A stretch of DNA of 63,174 nucleotides, filler included, from Phoronis australis (taxonomy: Eukaryota; Animalia; Phoronida), in NCBI GenBank assembly GCA_002633005.1. It is 9 parts of 9 records of this genome, joined end to end, with 100 filler letters (N's around TTAATTAATTAA, not from the genome) between each part and the next. Parts side by side here need not be neighbours in the genome. Positions count along the whole stretch, not along the records: positions 10,018 to 32,916 come from NMRA01000486.1; 8 more parts are not named here. One strand, written 5' to 3'. Under the pieces are notes generated by a model. The model was not told where the DNA came from. It searched no databases and saw only the letters and a program-made list of their open reading frames with translations. Position numbers and translations under genes: made by a program. The number at the start of each line of letters is the position of its first letter. Positions within the stretch are counted from its first letter, which is position 1. Below are positions 12,549 to 24,100 of the stretch, in pieces.

Positions 12549-13322
12549 ATCTCAAGAGTCGTAACTTCTTCGCCCGTTCGTGATGTATTCACTGCCTCCT
12601 GATGTTTTATTTTCAAATACAACTGATGATACCAAACTTGCACTCTGTATACTTGTACGTTATTACAACCTTATTTTTAATTTGGCGTCTTTGTCGAAAG
12701 AGTGAGTATCAAATTTGCAGTATCAATGTGAGTAAATATTTATCTAGTCACCAGGGACCATGCCCATTTATATTTGTTATTTTGAAAATTTGGCCGAAAT
12801 GAAAAAAAAATACCGTTACCTAGCAAAGTTTCTTTTGCCAAGTATGTTACTGTTTTCAAGAAATTTGTTTGCGGTCTTTTTGGCTTCTTAATTTTATATT
12901 CAATGTCTGATTGTGTCTGGTCTATTTTTGGTTGAACTTAGAATCAAGGTGGCGATTAGGGTGTTTTTCAAAAGCGTAGTCCTTTGACTGATCTTTCTGC
13001 ATACGAAAGGGAGAAAACACGACATACCCATGAACATCGCGGTGCAGAGGTTGGAGCTGTCATGTTTTGCCCATTGAGATCGGGTGTCGTGGTTTTGTCA
13101 CCCGATCAATGTCTCTATTCGCCCAGATTGGACTCGGTAGTTGTGGCACGAGGAAGACCAACAAGAGCCTTCAGTGTGCTACAGAATAAGCATCTTGCTG
13201 GATTTGGACTAGAGATAGAAAAACAAAAATTCAGACAGCGGCTTGCCACTCTGGCTAATTGTCCAACAGACACCTCCCGGTGGCTTGTTGCTGTTAGCAC
13301 AGCCAGGGATGGCAGTACCGTT

Positions 13323-13422
13323 GGTAGTTGTTGAAACAGTGTTATCATCCCCGGTTGGCAGCTGAGGAGGACGGTAGTTGCTGAAACAGTGTTATCATCC
13401 CCGGTTGGCAGCTGAGGAGGAC
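13323..13422. repeat. 50-nt tandem duplication
   Basis: GGTAGTTG(T/C)TGAAACAGTGTTATCATCCCCGGTTGGCAGCTGAGGAGGAC x2. Confidence 0.9.
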
Positions 13423-13591
13423 AGTGTCTTGCAATTTGCAAGTTGTATGATATATGTCATATCTGCCAGTTATTCTAGATTTGCCTATGATTGCTTTTTT
13501 CACTGGAATTTGGTTAATCATACTCTAAAAGAGGATACAGACATTTGTTTCATTCATCATTGTCATCGTCATTTACTGTGATTATCATTAA

Positions 13592-14468
13592 AGGCGAAGG
13601 CAACCTTTTTCATGTCTTTTTAGCAAAAATAAGGTTGGTTGGTTATCCCAGACACATTTTCCACTTAATTACAGCTTTTCGTAATTTAATTATTTATTCG
13701 TTGTCTACTCCGGAAGTGACGTTTTGGGAGGCAAGAATTCCCGCCTATTTCTTTTCTTACAGTCTGACTGTGAGAGCTGCCAAGTCAGTTCTTTCTCGGT
13801 TTTGATAAGTTCGGTCATCGTGTGATTTTGTTTACCAGTCAGTCATCAGGATGTACTCATTATCGTCTCAGGACAGAGAAACAAGTGTTCCACTTGCCCA
13901 AGTGTCCGCGACACACTCCCACTGATAGTGACCTGACCACACAAACTGTTTACACCCCACCGTGTGTCTCCCTCGCCACACACCTGGCACCTTCTAAATA
14001 GCTCCAATACTTTAGACAAGTCCACAATAAACTTATCAAAGTTTGGTTCACCGATCTGTTCATTGAACAACGAACTGTCCTCTTCACTGGGTTTCGAACA
14101 GGACCTGTATTCACTCCCACTACTCAACATCGCAGCAGGGCTGCTTACAGGCTTTGGGCCATAATGAGTACATCCCGGTATGCAGCAACAGTGCGGCATG
14201 TTGATTGATTCGTAAACAAAAACAAACGACAACTGAACTTATGACAACCGAGATAGATGAATGACTGACTCGACAACGCTCATATAGTCAGACTATGGGA
14301 AAAGAAATTAGCGCGAAATCCTTGCCTTCCAAAACGTGACTTCCGGAGTAGATAACGAATAATTAATCAAATTACGAAATGCTGTAATTAAGTGGAAAAT
14401 ATGTCTGGGATAATCACCGAACCTTATTTTTGCTAAAAATGATATGCAAAAAAAGGTTGCCTTTGCCT
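13592..14468 (-). mobile_element. Kolobok-derived non-autonomous element, short (~880 nt) subfamily, both ends present
   Basis: TTAA|AGGCGAAGGCAACC...GGTTGCCTTTGCCT|TTAA; TIRs ~250 nt or more; internal MPHCCCIPGCTHY fused to FIVDLSKVLELFRRCQVCG. Confidence 0.88.
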
Positions 14469-15472
14469 TTAATATTCCGTTTTTTATTGGTCACCTTCCC
14501 TGCTGCGGGTTGTCAAAATTTGCTTTTTATGTTCCTGTTCTTTTTTATCACAATCCTGGTGTTAGTCAGTCATTGCGCTAAATCTTCCAAACATCTGTGC
14601 TCAAATTAACCTCAAAGTTTCTTTTTCCATGTAACTTCCCCAAAACTGTTTCATATATTTATTAATTCTGCATGGGTACAGCACTAGCCTGGTTATAGTA
14701 TTTCTATTTTCTGTTTCCCTTTGTCACACCCAGGACTACAGTTTTCTATGACGTGTGGTCATATGAGATATTTTCATTATGTCTATGTTGTGACATTTAT
14801 GATGTGGAGAACTCCAATTGTGTCACTTGACCGGGTTAACATTCACTCTTGGCTAAATGCCTGAGACAGAATTCCAGGAAATTTCACTTTTAATCGATCA
14901 ATCCTTACTTTCATTACTTGTAGCAGTCTGATCATTAACGAGGGCTGATGTACATTCTATAACTTATTACCAGAAATTTTTGATAATGTCCCAGATAATA
15001 TCTCAGGTAATATCCCAGGCACCTTGTCCGGGCACCCTGTAACTACAGTGCACCGTCTGCTGCATTTTCGATGTTTGTGTTTTATTATACTTTTTACCAG
15101 AGATTTCCAATAAAAACAAATGCCTTGTGATATGGCGTCACTTCAAATGGAACGTTTTGTATAACAAGAAAGATCTTTTTTAAACAATTCGATTGAAGCA
15201 ATTATCTCCCATTGCCTTGAAATTCACATAAGAGTGTTCTCCCGCTCAGTGACGTTACCAGACAGAGGGCAGTTGTGAGCCCCTGATAACATCCAGCTCC
15301 TTTGTTAACTGCCGAGCACGGTCTTGTCTGCTGCCAGGCTTATTAGCGAACACAGTCAAACCCAGTGCGTTGGTACGTTCGGACAGGATAGAGTGTCTTA
15401 ACTTTGGTTGTTGGGGAATTTTGATGGTATAAAAACTATACGTGATCAGCATTTGATGAGGAATTAAGTTCA

Positions 15473-16815
15473 TTATTGGTTTATGTTCAAACATTTTATA
15501 ACTTTTTTTAACAGCACAGTCCTATCAGGCTAGATAGCATCTTATCAATTATTGAACAAAAGAGAGCTGGCCCTCCAACCATAAATGCCAGAATGGAGTT
15601 AATCAGTCGTCTAAGATTTTGGCTCTAGGGGTCATCTTTCCAACTTCTTCTTGTGCCATACAACCTTACAAGTTGGACTCAATGGGAGAACGCCATATTG
15701 AATGCTTTAAAAGATTTGAAGTATTTTTTCCATCAAATTCTTGTAATTTTGCATACAACCGCATTGCAAAGAAAATTTTTTTTCACTTGAGCCCAAGTTA
15801 CTTATAGAGTGGAGAAAAGGTCGATTTAAAACAAGAGTTTTGAGCACATTGTGGTTTTACAACTGATCTGGCTATTATGATGTTGGAACATGCATATATT
15901 TCATTGGCCAGTCTTGAATGCTTTTGATTTTTCATTTGTCAAAAGAAATGATTCAAATGATGCTACTGATTCTCTGTATTATACAATCCATTCTCTTTCA
16001 CGCAACCCATTTTCTGCGTCATGCAACCCACTCCCTGTATCATACAACCCATTCCCTGTATCATACAACCCATTCCCTGTATCATACAACCCACTCCATG
16101 TATCATACAACCCATTCCCTGTATCATACAACCCACTCCCTGTATNATTATTGGTTTATGTTCAAACATTTTATAACTTTTTTTAACAGCACAGTCCTAT
16201 CAGGCTAGATAGCATCTTATCATTTATTGAACAAAAGAAAGCTGGCCCTCCAACCATAAATGCCAGAATGGAGTTAATCAGTCGTCTAAGATTTTGGCTC
16301 TAGGGGTCATCTTTCCAACTTCTTCTTGTGCCATACAACCTTACAAGTTGGACTCAATGGGAGAACGCCATAATGAATGCTTTAAAAGATTTGAAGTATT
16401 TTTTCCATCAAATTCTTGTAATTTTGCATACAACCGCATTGCAAAGAAAAATTTTTTTCACTTGAGCCCACGTTACTTATAGAGTGGAGAAAAGGTCGAT
16501 TTAAAACAAGAGTTTTGAGCACATTGTGGTTTTACAACTGATCTGGCTATTATGATGTTGGAACATGCATATATTTCATTGGCCAGTCTTGAATGCTTTT
16601 GATTTTTCATTTGTCGAAAGAAATGATTCAAATGATGCTACTGATTCTCTGTATTATACAATCCATTCTCTATCACGCAACCCATTTTCTGCGTCATGCA
16701 ACCCACTCCCTGTATCATACAACTCACTCCCTGCATCATACAACCCACTCCCTGTATCATACAACCCACTCCCTGTATCATACAACCCACTCCCTGCACC
16801 ATACAACTCACTCCN
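15473..16815. repeat. Two near-identical ~670-nt blocks split by one N (16146), each ending in a 21-nt minisatellite; probable assembly redundancy
   Basis: 15473-16145 matches 16147-16815; unit TCATACAACCCACTCCCTGTA. Confidence 0.85.
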
Positions 16816-17363
16816 ATTGTATTTTACTTTACAAAATTTGAAACTAGCTTGTATTCCTGGGTTCTCATCCTCATTTATGTTGCTGGTTCTCTGAGTTAGC
16901 CGCAGAAGACCCTAGGTCTGTTACAAGCAGAAGCCTCTTTACATGCCAGCCTGCTTTTTAGGCCTGTGTGAATGTGCGGGGGCTTCACCTTTATACATAT
17001 TAAGGCGCATGTACTTGTATGTGAAATCAGTGAGCATATTAGCATGAAGTGCAAGTGGAGTTGTCCATCAGAAAGTGATTGACATGTTTTCAACGTGTTA
17101 TGATCGGTGGGTATGGAGAACACGCCACTTATTGTCAGTGTACACCCCGCCTGATGCTTCTCACTGACACATTTGCTGCAGATGTAAACAACACTTTCGT
17201 CTAGCTAATCAATGTTAATCCATGCTACACGCTACAACAAATTCCCTGATATTCTGTGCCATAGGTTTGTTTGAAAATCAGTACTGGTAGTTCAACTTAA
17301 TTTTTCTTACTTGACTTCCAAGCAAACAAGACGAACTACTGCTATATTGCGATGTTCATTGAC

Positions 17364-17645
17364 TAGCTTCTCTGTTGTCTCTGTGGGTGCACACAGTGTG
17401 TTGGCTTCTCTGTTGTCTCTGTGGGTGCACACAGTGTGTTGGCTTCTCAGTTGTCTCTGTGGGTACACACAGTGTGTTGGCTCCCATGTTGTCTGTATGG
17501 GTGCACACAGTGTGTTGGCTTCTCTGTTGTCTCCGTGGGTGCACACAGTATGTTGACTTCTCTGTTGTCTCTGTGGGTTCACACTGTGTGTTGGCTTCTC
17601 TGTTGTCTCTATGGGTGCCCGCAGTGTGTTGGTGTCTATAGGGAG
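17364..17645. repeat. 38-nt minisatellite, about 7 copies
   Basis: Unit TTCTCTGTTGTCTCTGTGGGTGCACACAGTGTGTTGGC. Confidence 0.95.
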
Positions 17646-19964
17646 TGTCGGATTAAGCAACTCTGGGGTCCACAGCGAAAGTGAAAGCACTGGGCTCCTA
17701 CTTGCATGCTCATACAAAGATTATTTGAAATGTAAAGCAAGATAGGAGTAGTGTTCATTTTTGAGAAGGAACTAAAGCAATCAAGATGGCTTCTACGTGA
17801 TGAGACAGTGCGTCCATTGGACAACGCATCGAATTAGAAGATTTCACGAGTTCATACGCCGTTTATCAGTGGCCCCACGTTTGTTCCAGCACTACATTGT
17901 TTACTCAATGGGTCCCCACACTCTTGACCCTTCACCTGTTTTAACTGGTGGTACCCAAACACAAACTTTCGCACCACCTGAAGATAGTGTTTCTATAAGA
18001 GCAGAAATGTGTAGACGTTTATTGGTACAGGCGCTTCTAAAACTGTTGCGGAAACTTAAAAGGCGTTGAGTCCATAACACATGTTACGTCTGGTGTGTTT
18101 TAATGCAGCACTGTACAGATGACAACTTTATCGCACAGACCTATTGATTGTGTGGTGCCTCTGGGGTCCAAGGACATCTCTTATTTTTGAACAACGTCAA
18201 TTAGCTTCTACTATCAGATACATACTCTTTTCATTTACCAGTAATGACTAGGCATCTTATCTCTACCAACCTATGAGGGTAAAAGCTGAAAAGTGCTGCA
18301 TTTTTGAAAGAGATGGGTCGAGATTCCTGCACATGGGTCACATGCTGTACTGAACTATCTCAGTCTTATAACTGTATTTGTATAATCCTGCTAATTAGCC
18401 CCATAACCTGTGACTGGCAGAGAATGAGTTGATATCCTCAGAAACAATCAGCCCTTTATGATGCTGGATGCGTAATGAACCATAGGTAATGAGGTGGCGA
18501 ATCTCATCCTGAAAATTACCAATAATGCGTGCAGAATGCTGTTAGGGCCAAGTGTGGACATCAAGTAGATTGATCTTGAGGTGTCTGAAAGTTTGGCTTA
18601 TAATCTATAAGAAACCATGCATGTTGGTTATATTGAAACAATTTCATTTGGCACTAAATAAAATAGATCTTTAAAAATATCAAAAAATGTGAGGGTAATG
18701 TCAATCAAGGACTTCTGTCACATATGTTGGTGTCAGCTTGATGAGAAAATAGTTGAACATGTACACCTTAAGTAAAGGCACAACTAGAAATCTACTCCAA
18801 TTCACCATTTTATCCCACGAATCGAGAAAACTTTTAGTAAATATGCTGATCCAAGTCTACTGTGATTAAGCTGTGACAACGTGGTTTAGTATCAGTACCG
18901 CTTCTAAGAATTTGAAACAGATCGCCCGTGTTGGTTGAACGGAATTTAAAATGACCAGTTATCTCCCCTGTTTCAGGATATATCCAACAGCTGAAGTTTA
19001 ACCTAGTGCACCAGAAACACCCCCAATAATTAACACGACCCAGCCAGAGAAATGGACTCTTAAAATTATACAAGATCACCCTGTGATCTAAGTTCCTCAT
19101 CAAGATACAGATACCAGGCTCAGGCTAGGAGTGACCTCTTGAATTATCAACATATGTCAAAAGTCATTAAAAATTTGTTTGAAAAAACACTTTTTACATT
19201 CTGTCAAAACGGGAATAGGATGATAAAAAATAGTCGTTTTCCAATAGTTTATTCAATCGCCATGATTTATGTCATTACTGATATTTACTGTTTCATTTCG
19301 TGCCTTTTCTCTATTTTTTGTTTTTTAATTTGTATTTTGTTAATATTTATACTCATCAATGCTCATGTCTTCATTCCTGCTTCTGTATCATTTTTCCTGT
19401 AAATTAAATATGGCACCTTTGGCTGTCGGAATACAATGAAAAGAGCTATTTGAAACCTTTGTGTATAATTCTTTCCAGCATGAACTGTTTGTTTATTGCC
19501 TGTTCTGTCTTTCATGGCTTTTCATTTTGTTGTTTTATTTTATGTTTTTTATTCTTATTGTTTTGAATTTAATGAATAAAACACTGTTGTCTACAACTTT
19601 GAAGTGAAACTGTCCTGCTAAGCTTTGTAGCCTTTTGTTTGGCAATCACTAATGATTACAACCATTGTGTTGTCGATGCCATATTGCTGCGCCTTTAGGC
19701 CCATGGGCCTATATCCATAATAATGCCTTTTTAGCATCATTTTTTTACTCAAAGGGTTCGCATATTGGCATTCGCCTAAGTGTTGCATATAAGCCCGGGT
19801 AATATCTCCTGCGTAGGACCATACATTACTTTGCATACTAGTATAGTCTGTGGCTCTCGTTTGAAAACCGCGCTGTGCTTCTTGATGGCAATTTTTTATC
19901 TGCTTCTATATCTTTGGAGTTCCTTGGCGTATTTTCAAGAAATTTGATAAATAGTTATTTATTA

Positions 19965-20118
19965 CCGTATTGTCGCATCTTTAGGCCCGTGTACTTATAT
20001 ATCTGTTTTCGCATCCTTTTTTACCCAAGTGGTGCGCGTGTTGACATATGCGCCTAAATTTCACATATAAGCACAGTTCTGCCCAGACGGCCACGTGCCT
20101 AATAGCACAACAGTATGG
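19965..20118. mobile_element. Degenerate Tc1/mariner (pogo-like) MITE
   Basis: TA|CCGTATTGTCGCATCTTTAGGCCCGTG ... CACGTGCCTAATAGCACAACAGTATGG|TA: imperfect TIR with TA flanks. Confidence 0.6.
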
Positions 20119-20419
20119 TATTTCACTTCACAGTTAGCTGGGTCATTCAACAATAGAACAAATATGGCTGTATGTGTTATCCAGAGACAATGACTTGACC
20201 AGTGTGGTTATTCAAATACTGTCAAACTAGCAGAGTAGCAGAAGTGAGAATTGTATTTTACTCTCAATGGATTTCACATTGAATTATATTTTATCATAGC
20301 AAATGTATCATGACTTTATTTAGCAAAAACATCTGGGGATGGTCGACATTCAGTCATTGGTGATAACCTTGTGTAAACAGGTAAATAAGAGAACAAACAT
20401 TCATCTTCTGTCTTGCGCT

Positions 20420-20652
20420 ACCCCATGGGCGTTGCACCATATGGGGGTGGCGGGGGCTATGGCCCCCCCCCACTTATTTCAATGCTGCGTCACCCATGGT
20501 GTGTGGACGGTGCACCATAGGGGGCTGGCGGGGGCTATAGCCCCCCCTACTTATTTCAATGCTGCGTTGCCTGTGGTCCATGGGCAGTACAGTATTTAAG
20601 GGTGTTGGGAGGGCTACAGCACCCCCACATTTTTCAGTGCTGTGCCACCCAT
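20420..20652. repeat. ~70-nt GC-rich tandem repeat, about 3 copies
   Basis: Repeated GGGGGCTA(T/C)..GCCCCCC..ACTTATTTCAATGCTGCG. Confidence 0.75.
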
Positions 20653-21035
20653 GTACCCCAATGGTATACTAAGTTTTACTAAATAATACACATTTTTAAG
20701 TGATTATTAATAGATTCCATGAAAAGCATTTATAAAGATCTGATGATGTGTTACTGTTTTCTCTTTGTTTCAACATATATTTATCTGTAATTGTGTCATG
20801 TTGCATTGTCTGTAGGTGTGTCATGTTGCATTGTCTGTAGGTGTGTCATGTAGTGTTTGAAGTCAATGAATATGGCATCCTGACGATAACCAACTTATAG
20901 GCTACTACATGAAAATGGTGAAAAAGCTTACTAATAGGTGCATAATTAATTAATAACTGAAGGATACATAATGCATAAATTATATGGGCAATACCCTTTC
21001 AACTTGGATCATAACAGTTTGGCTTTGTATTTCAG

Positions 21036-21134
21036 ATTGAGAATGTTCCTTTCTACTATTTCTCAATATTTGATGGACACGCGGGAACAGGAGCCTCGTT
21101 AATGGCTGCTCACCAGATGCACGTTCATATACAG
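21036..21134 (+). CDS. PPM1H: PPM1H-like exon (IENVPFYYFSIFDGHAGTGASLMAAHQMHVHIQ)
   Basis: ttcag| ... CAG|gtaact; PP2C DGH motif; absent from the ORF track. Confidence 0.93.
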
Positions 21135-24100
21135 GTAACTTGGTATTCAGACAGGTAAAAGGAAACTGGAGGATACCTAGTGTGGCTAGTGTGCTAGGTG
21201 CCTGTTTTCTTCTCAAGGTCGTGGGTCATACTGGTGAACCATTAAGTCAGGTATCTAGCTCCTGAGCTCGATTTTCACTATACATTAATGAAGCACAAAA
21301 ATGGCTCCAGGTGATCAGTGCAATGGGCCCACATGGGTGGCCTGCACCAGACCGCCTACAATTATTTTTCTAAATGGAAACTAAATCAAATTTTGACTAT
21401 TTTAACGGTACTTACCTTACTTTGTTACTTTTTAGCTATTAATTGTAGACACAAGTAAATGTATATTTATGAAATCCTTGGTGGTCACAGAATCATATTG
21501 TATATAAAATGATAATGCCTAAATGTTTCTGATCATTTGACTTTTTCAAAAAATGGTACATTTCCTTGCAGATCGCTGTAATTTCCACAACCATGAATTC
21601 CCTGTCATGAAGTTCTGTTCCTTTTACTTAATTTGCTAAAAAAATGTGTCTTGGATTTTTTAAGGCATTTTAATACAAAAACTGCATTGTCAAAAACGAA
21701 AACAGACAGCATTTTTTTATTTTTGACAGCGAGATTTGATTGTTTTGATTCATGAATTGAGGTATCTTATTTTCATCAATTGGTATACTCTTTTCACAGG
21801 TGCACAAGCCATGAGTCAGTTTTGTTTTTAGAAACCACTTCATTCATAGTTGAGTTTAGTGTGAAGTTGGTAGTTTGAAATCTTGAATTTAACTAAGTAA
21901 GGCGACTATCATGTTGCCACATTACATATTGATTTAAGCATGATCTTAATAGAACTTTTGTGAGACAAACTGTCCCACCTTCCTCCTCATCACGATGCTA
22001 ACATGTTAGTGCACGGCTCTTAATTCTCCTGTGAGACCTCATGCTGGTTTTCCATTTGTGTGGCCACAGACCTAGTACGAGGTTTGGCCACAAGATGGAG
22101 ATTTTGTCCCACTTATCTCTTGAGTTTTAGAACCTGCTTTGTACCATGCCTTTAGATTGAAGGTCGGACCATGTGATAAATTGTGTTTTTCTTGTGTAGG
22201 CCAAACTCTCTGATGTGTTTGAATGTTTGATTGCCAAGCAAGACTGCTTTGGCGAACAAAGAGAGTGCAACTCAGTCAATCACTATTCAGTCACCACACG
22301 GGATGTCAGTGCTGATGAACTAGTTATAGGAGCCCTGGAACAAGCATTTATAGCAATGGTATGTATGGAATCTGCTCTTGGAGTGGTGTGTCCTGTCTAT
22401 TACACTTTGAGTGTGGCAGAAACTGGCATGTCAAAACTGCAGTGTTCATGGAGATTCACACAACTCTTATGAACACATGTAAACACTTATGAAAGAGTCT
22501 GACATAAACACAATGCAAACGCTTCTAAAGGATAAAAACAATAAAATGAACAAAAAATACATATAAAAACAATAAACACATAAATAAAGACATATTAAAC
22601 ACATGAACACTGCTAACTCATATAAATACATGGACACACATATACATATTAGCACATAAACTCATACAAACACATAAACACACATAAGCACGTGTAAACA
22701 ATTATAAACACAAACGTTGGTGGCGGGTATCAATTTGTCTCTGATTTTTACAGTTCCAATTGCATAAGGTCATCTTGTTGCATGTCAGCTGCCCATCTGA
22801 GCGCAAAATGTTGTCCAGGCAGAAGTTACTGAATTAACTTCATATGCATTGTAGCATTAATTTGTCTTATGGCTCAGTGATGTTCTATTGTCATTATAGG
22901 ATGAGCAAATAGCACGAGAGAGGACGTCATACAAGATCACAGGTGGCTGTACGGCCCTGGTAGCTGTGTTTTTGTTGGGTAAACTGTACGTAGCAAACGC
23001 CGGAGACTGTCGGGCGGTGATCTGCCGGGGAAACGAGGTGTTGCAACTATCACAAGACTTTACACCCGAGACAGAGAGAGCACGTTTGCAGAGCATTGTA
23101 AGTACTGTTAAAATGAGTTGCGGTAGCGATGTGGCTCAGGGGTTAGCGTGGTGGGCCCTGACTTGAAACGTCGCAAATTTGACTTCTGGTTATTGTAGTG
23201 TCATGTAGCTTGGTCTTTGAATGAGGCACTTGACGCGATTCATTGCATTAGTGAGCTTAAATGAATACCTGAGCCTTACCTGGCCAGTATTCTGCTGTGG
23301 ATAAGCGTTATGCCGTCATCTCCGTCCGTCCGTCCGGGCGGCGTCCGGCGTCTGCTGCTCTATCTCCAAAACCCTTTGACATACGTTCATGAAATTTGGC
23401 ACATATGTTCCATTCATGAATGGGACGGCATGTGCGAACTTTCGGACGGATCCGACTACTGGTGTGCCCCCTAGTGGCAATTTAATTTTTTACACTTACC
23501 TTTGTATCTTCAAAAGTCCTGAACGGATTTTCATGAAATTTGGTATGTAGGCACCTATTAGTGAGATAGCGCTATCCTCCCGTTTTCGGGTGGATTCGAC
23601 ATAGTTTGCGCCACCTAGTGGCCATTTTTAGTGTTTTCAAGTCTGTTTTTGTGCGTCCCCCCCCTCTATCAACCAAACCGCTAAAAGGATGATTGTGAAA
23701 ATTGGCATGTATATGCTTACTATGTAGAGGACGTTTGACGATGATTTTCCAACGATTTCTGCTACTGTGGCGCCTCCTAGTGGCAGTTTTGTTTTTTTTT
23801 GCGCCTATGGCTGTATCTCCTAAACCGTTCGCAGGATCTTTACGAAATTGTGTAATTGTATTTATATGATGTTAACAATAGAAGATGACGACTTTTGGAC
23901 GGATCTGACTACCGGTGTGCCCCCTAGTGGCAATTTTATTTTTTTACGTTTACCTCTGTATCTTCACAAGTCCTTAACGGATTTTCATGAAATTTGGTAT
24001 GTAGGCACCTATTAGTGCGATGACACTATCCTCCTGTTTTCGGATGGATTCGACCTAGTTTGCGACTCCCAGTGGCCATTTTTACTGTTTTTGAGTGTTT

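Noticed and set aside
15473-16815. Apparent recent tandem duplication
   Set aside because: Near-identical blocks joined at a single N, typical of unmerged contig overlaps; same pattern at 44689 and 55412.
17307-17717. Overlapping repetitive ORFs and CRISPR-like periodicity (also 42549-42706, 29688-29885)
   Set aside because: Head-to-tail minisatellites without unique spacers, in a eukaryotic context with no cas genes.
10018-21035. Expected 5' exons of PPM1H (INAGKS..NEDQ motif)
   Set aside because: Not found by eye; the acceptor-like site near 18976 has stops in all three frames.
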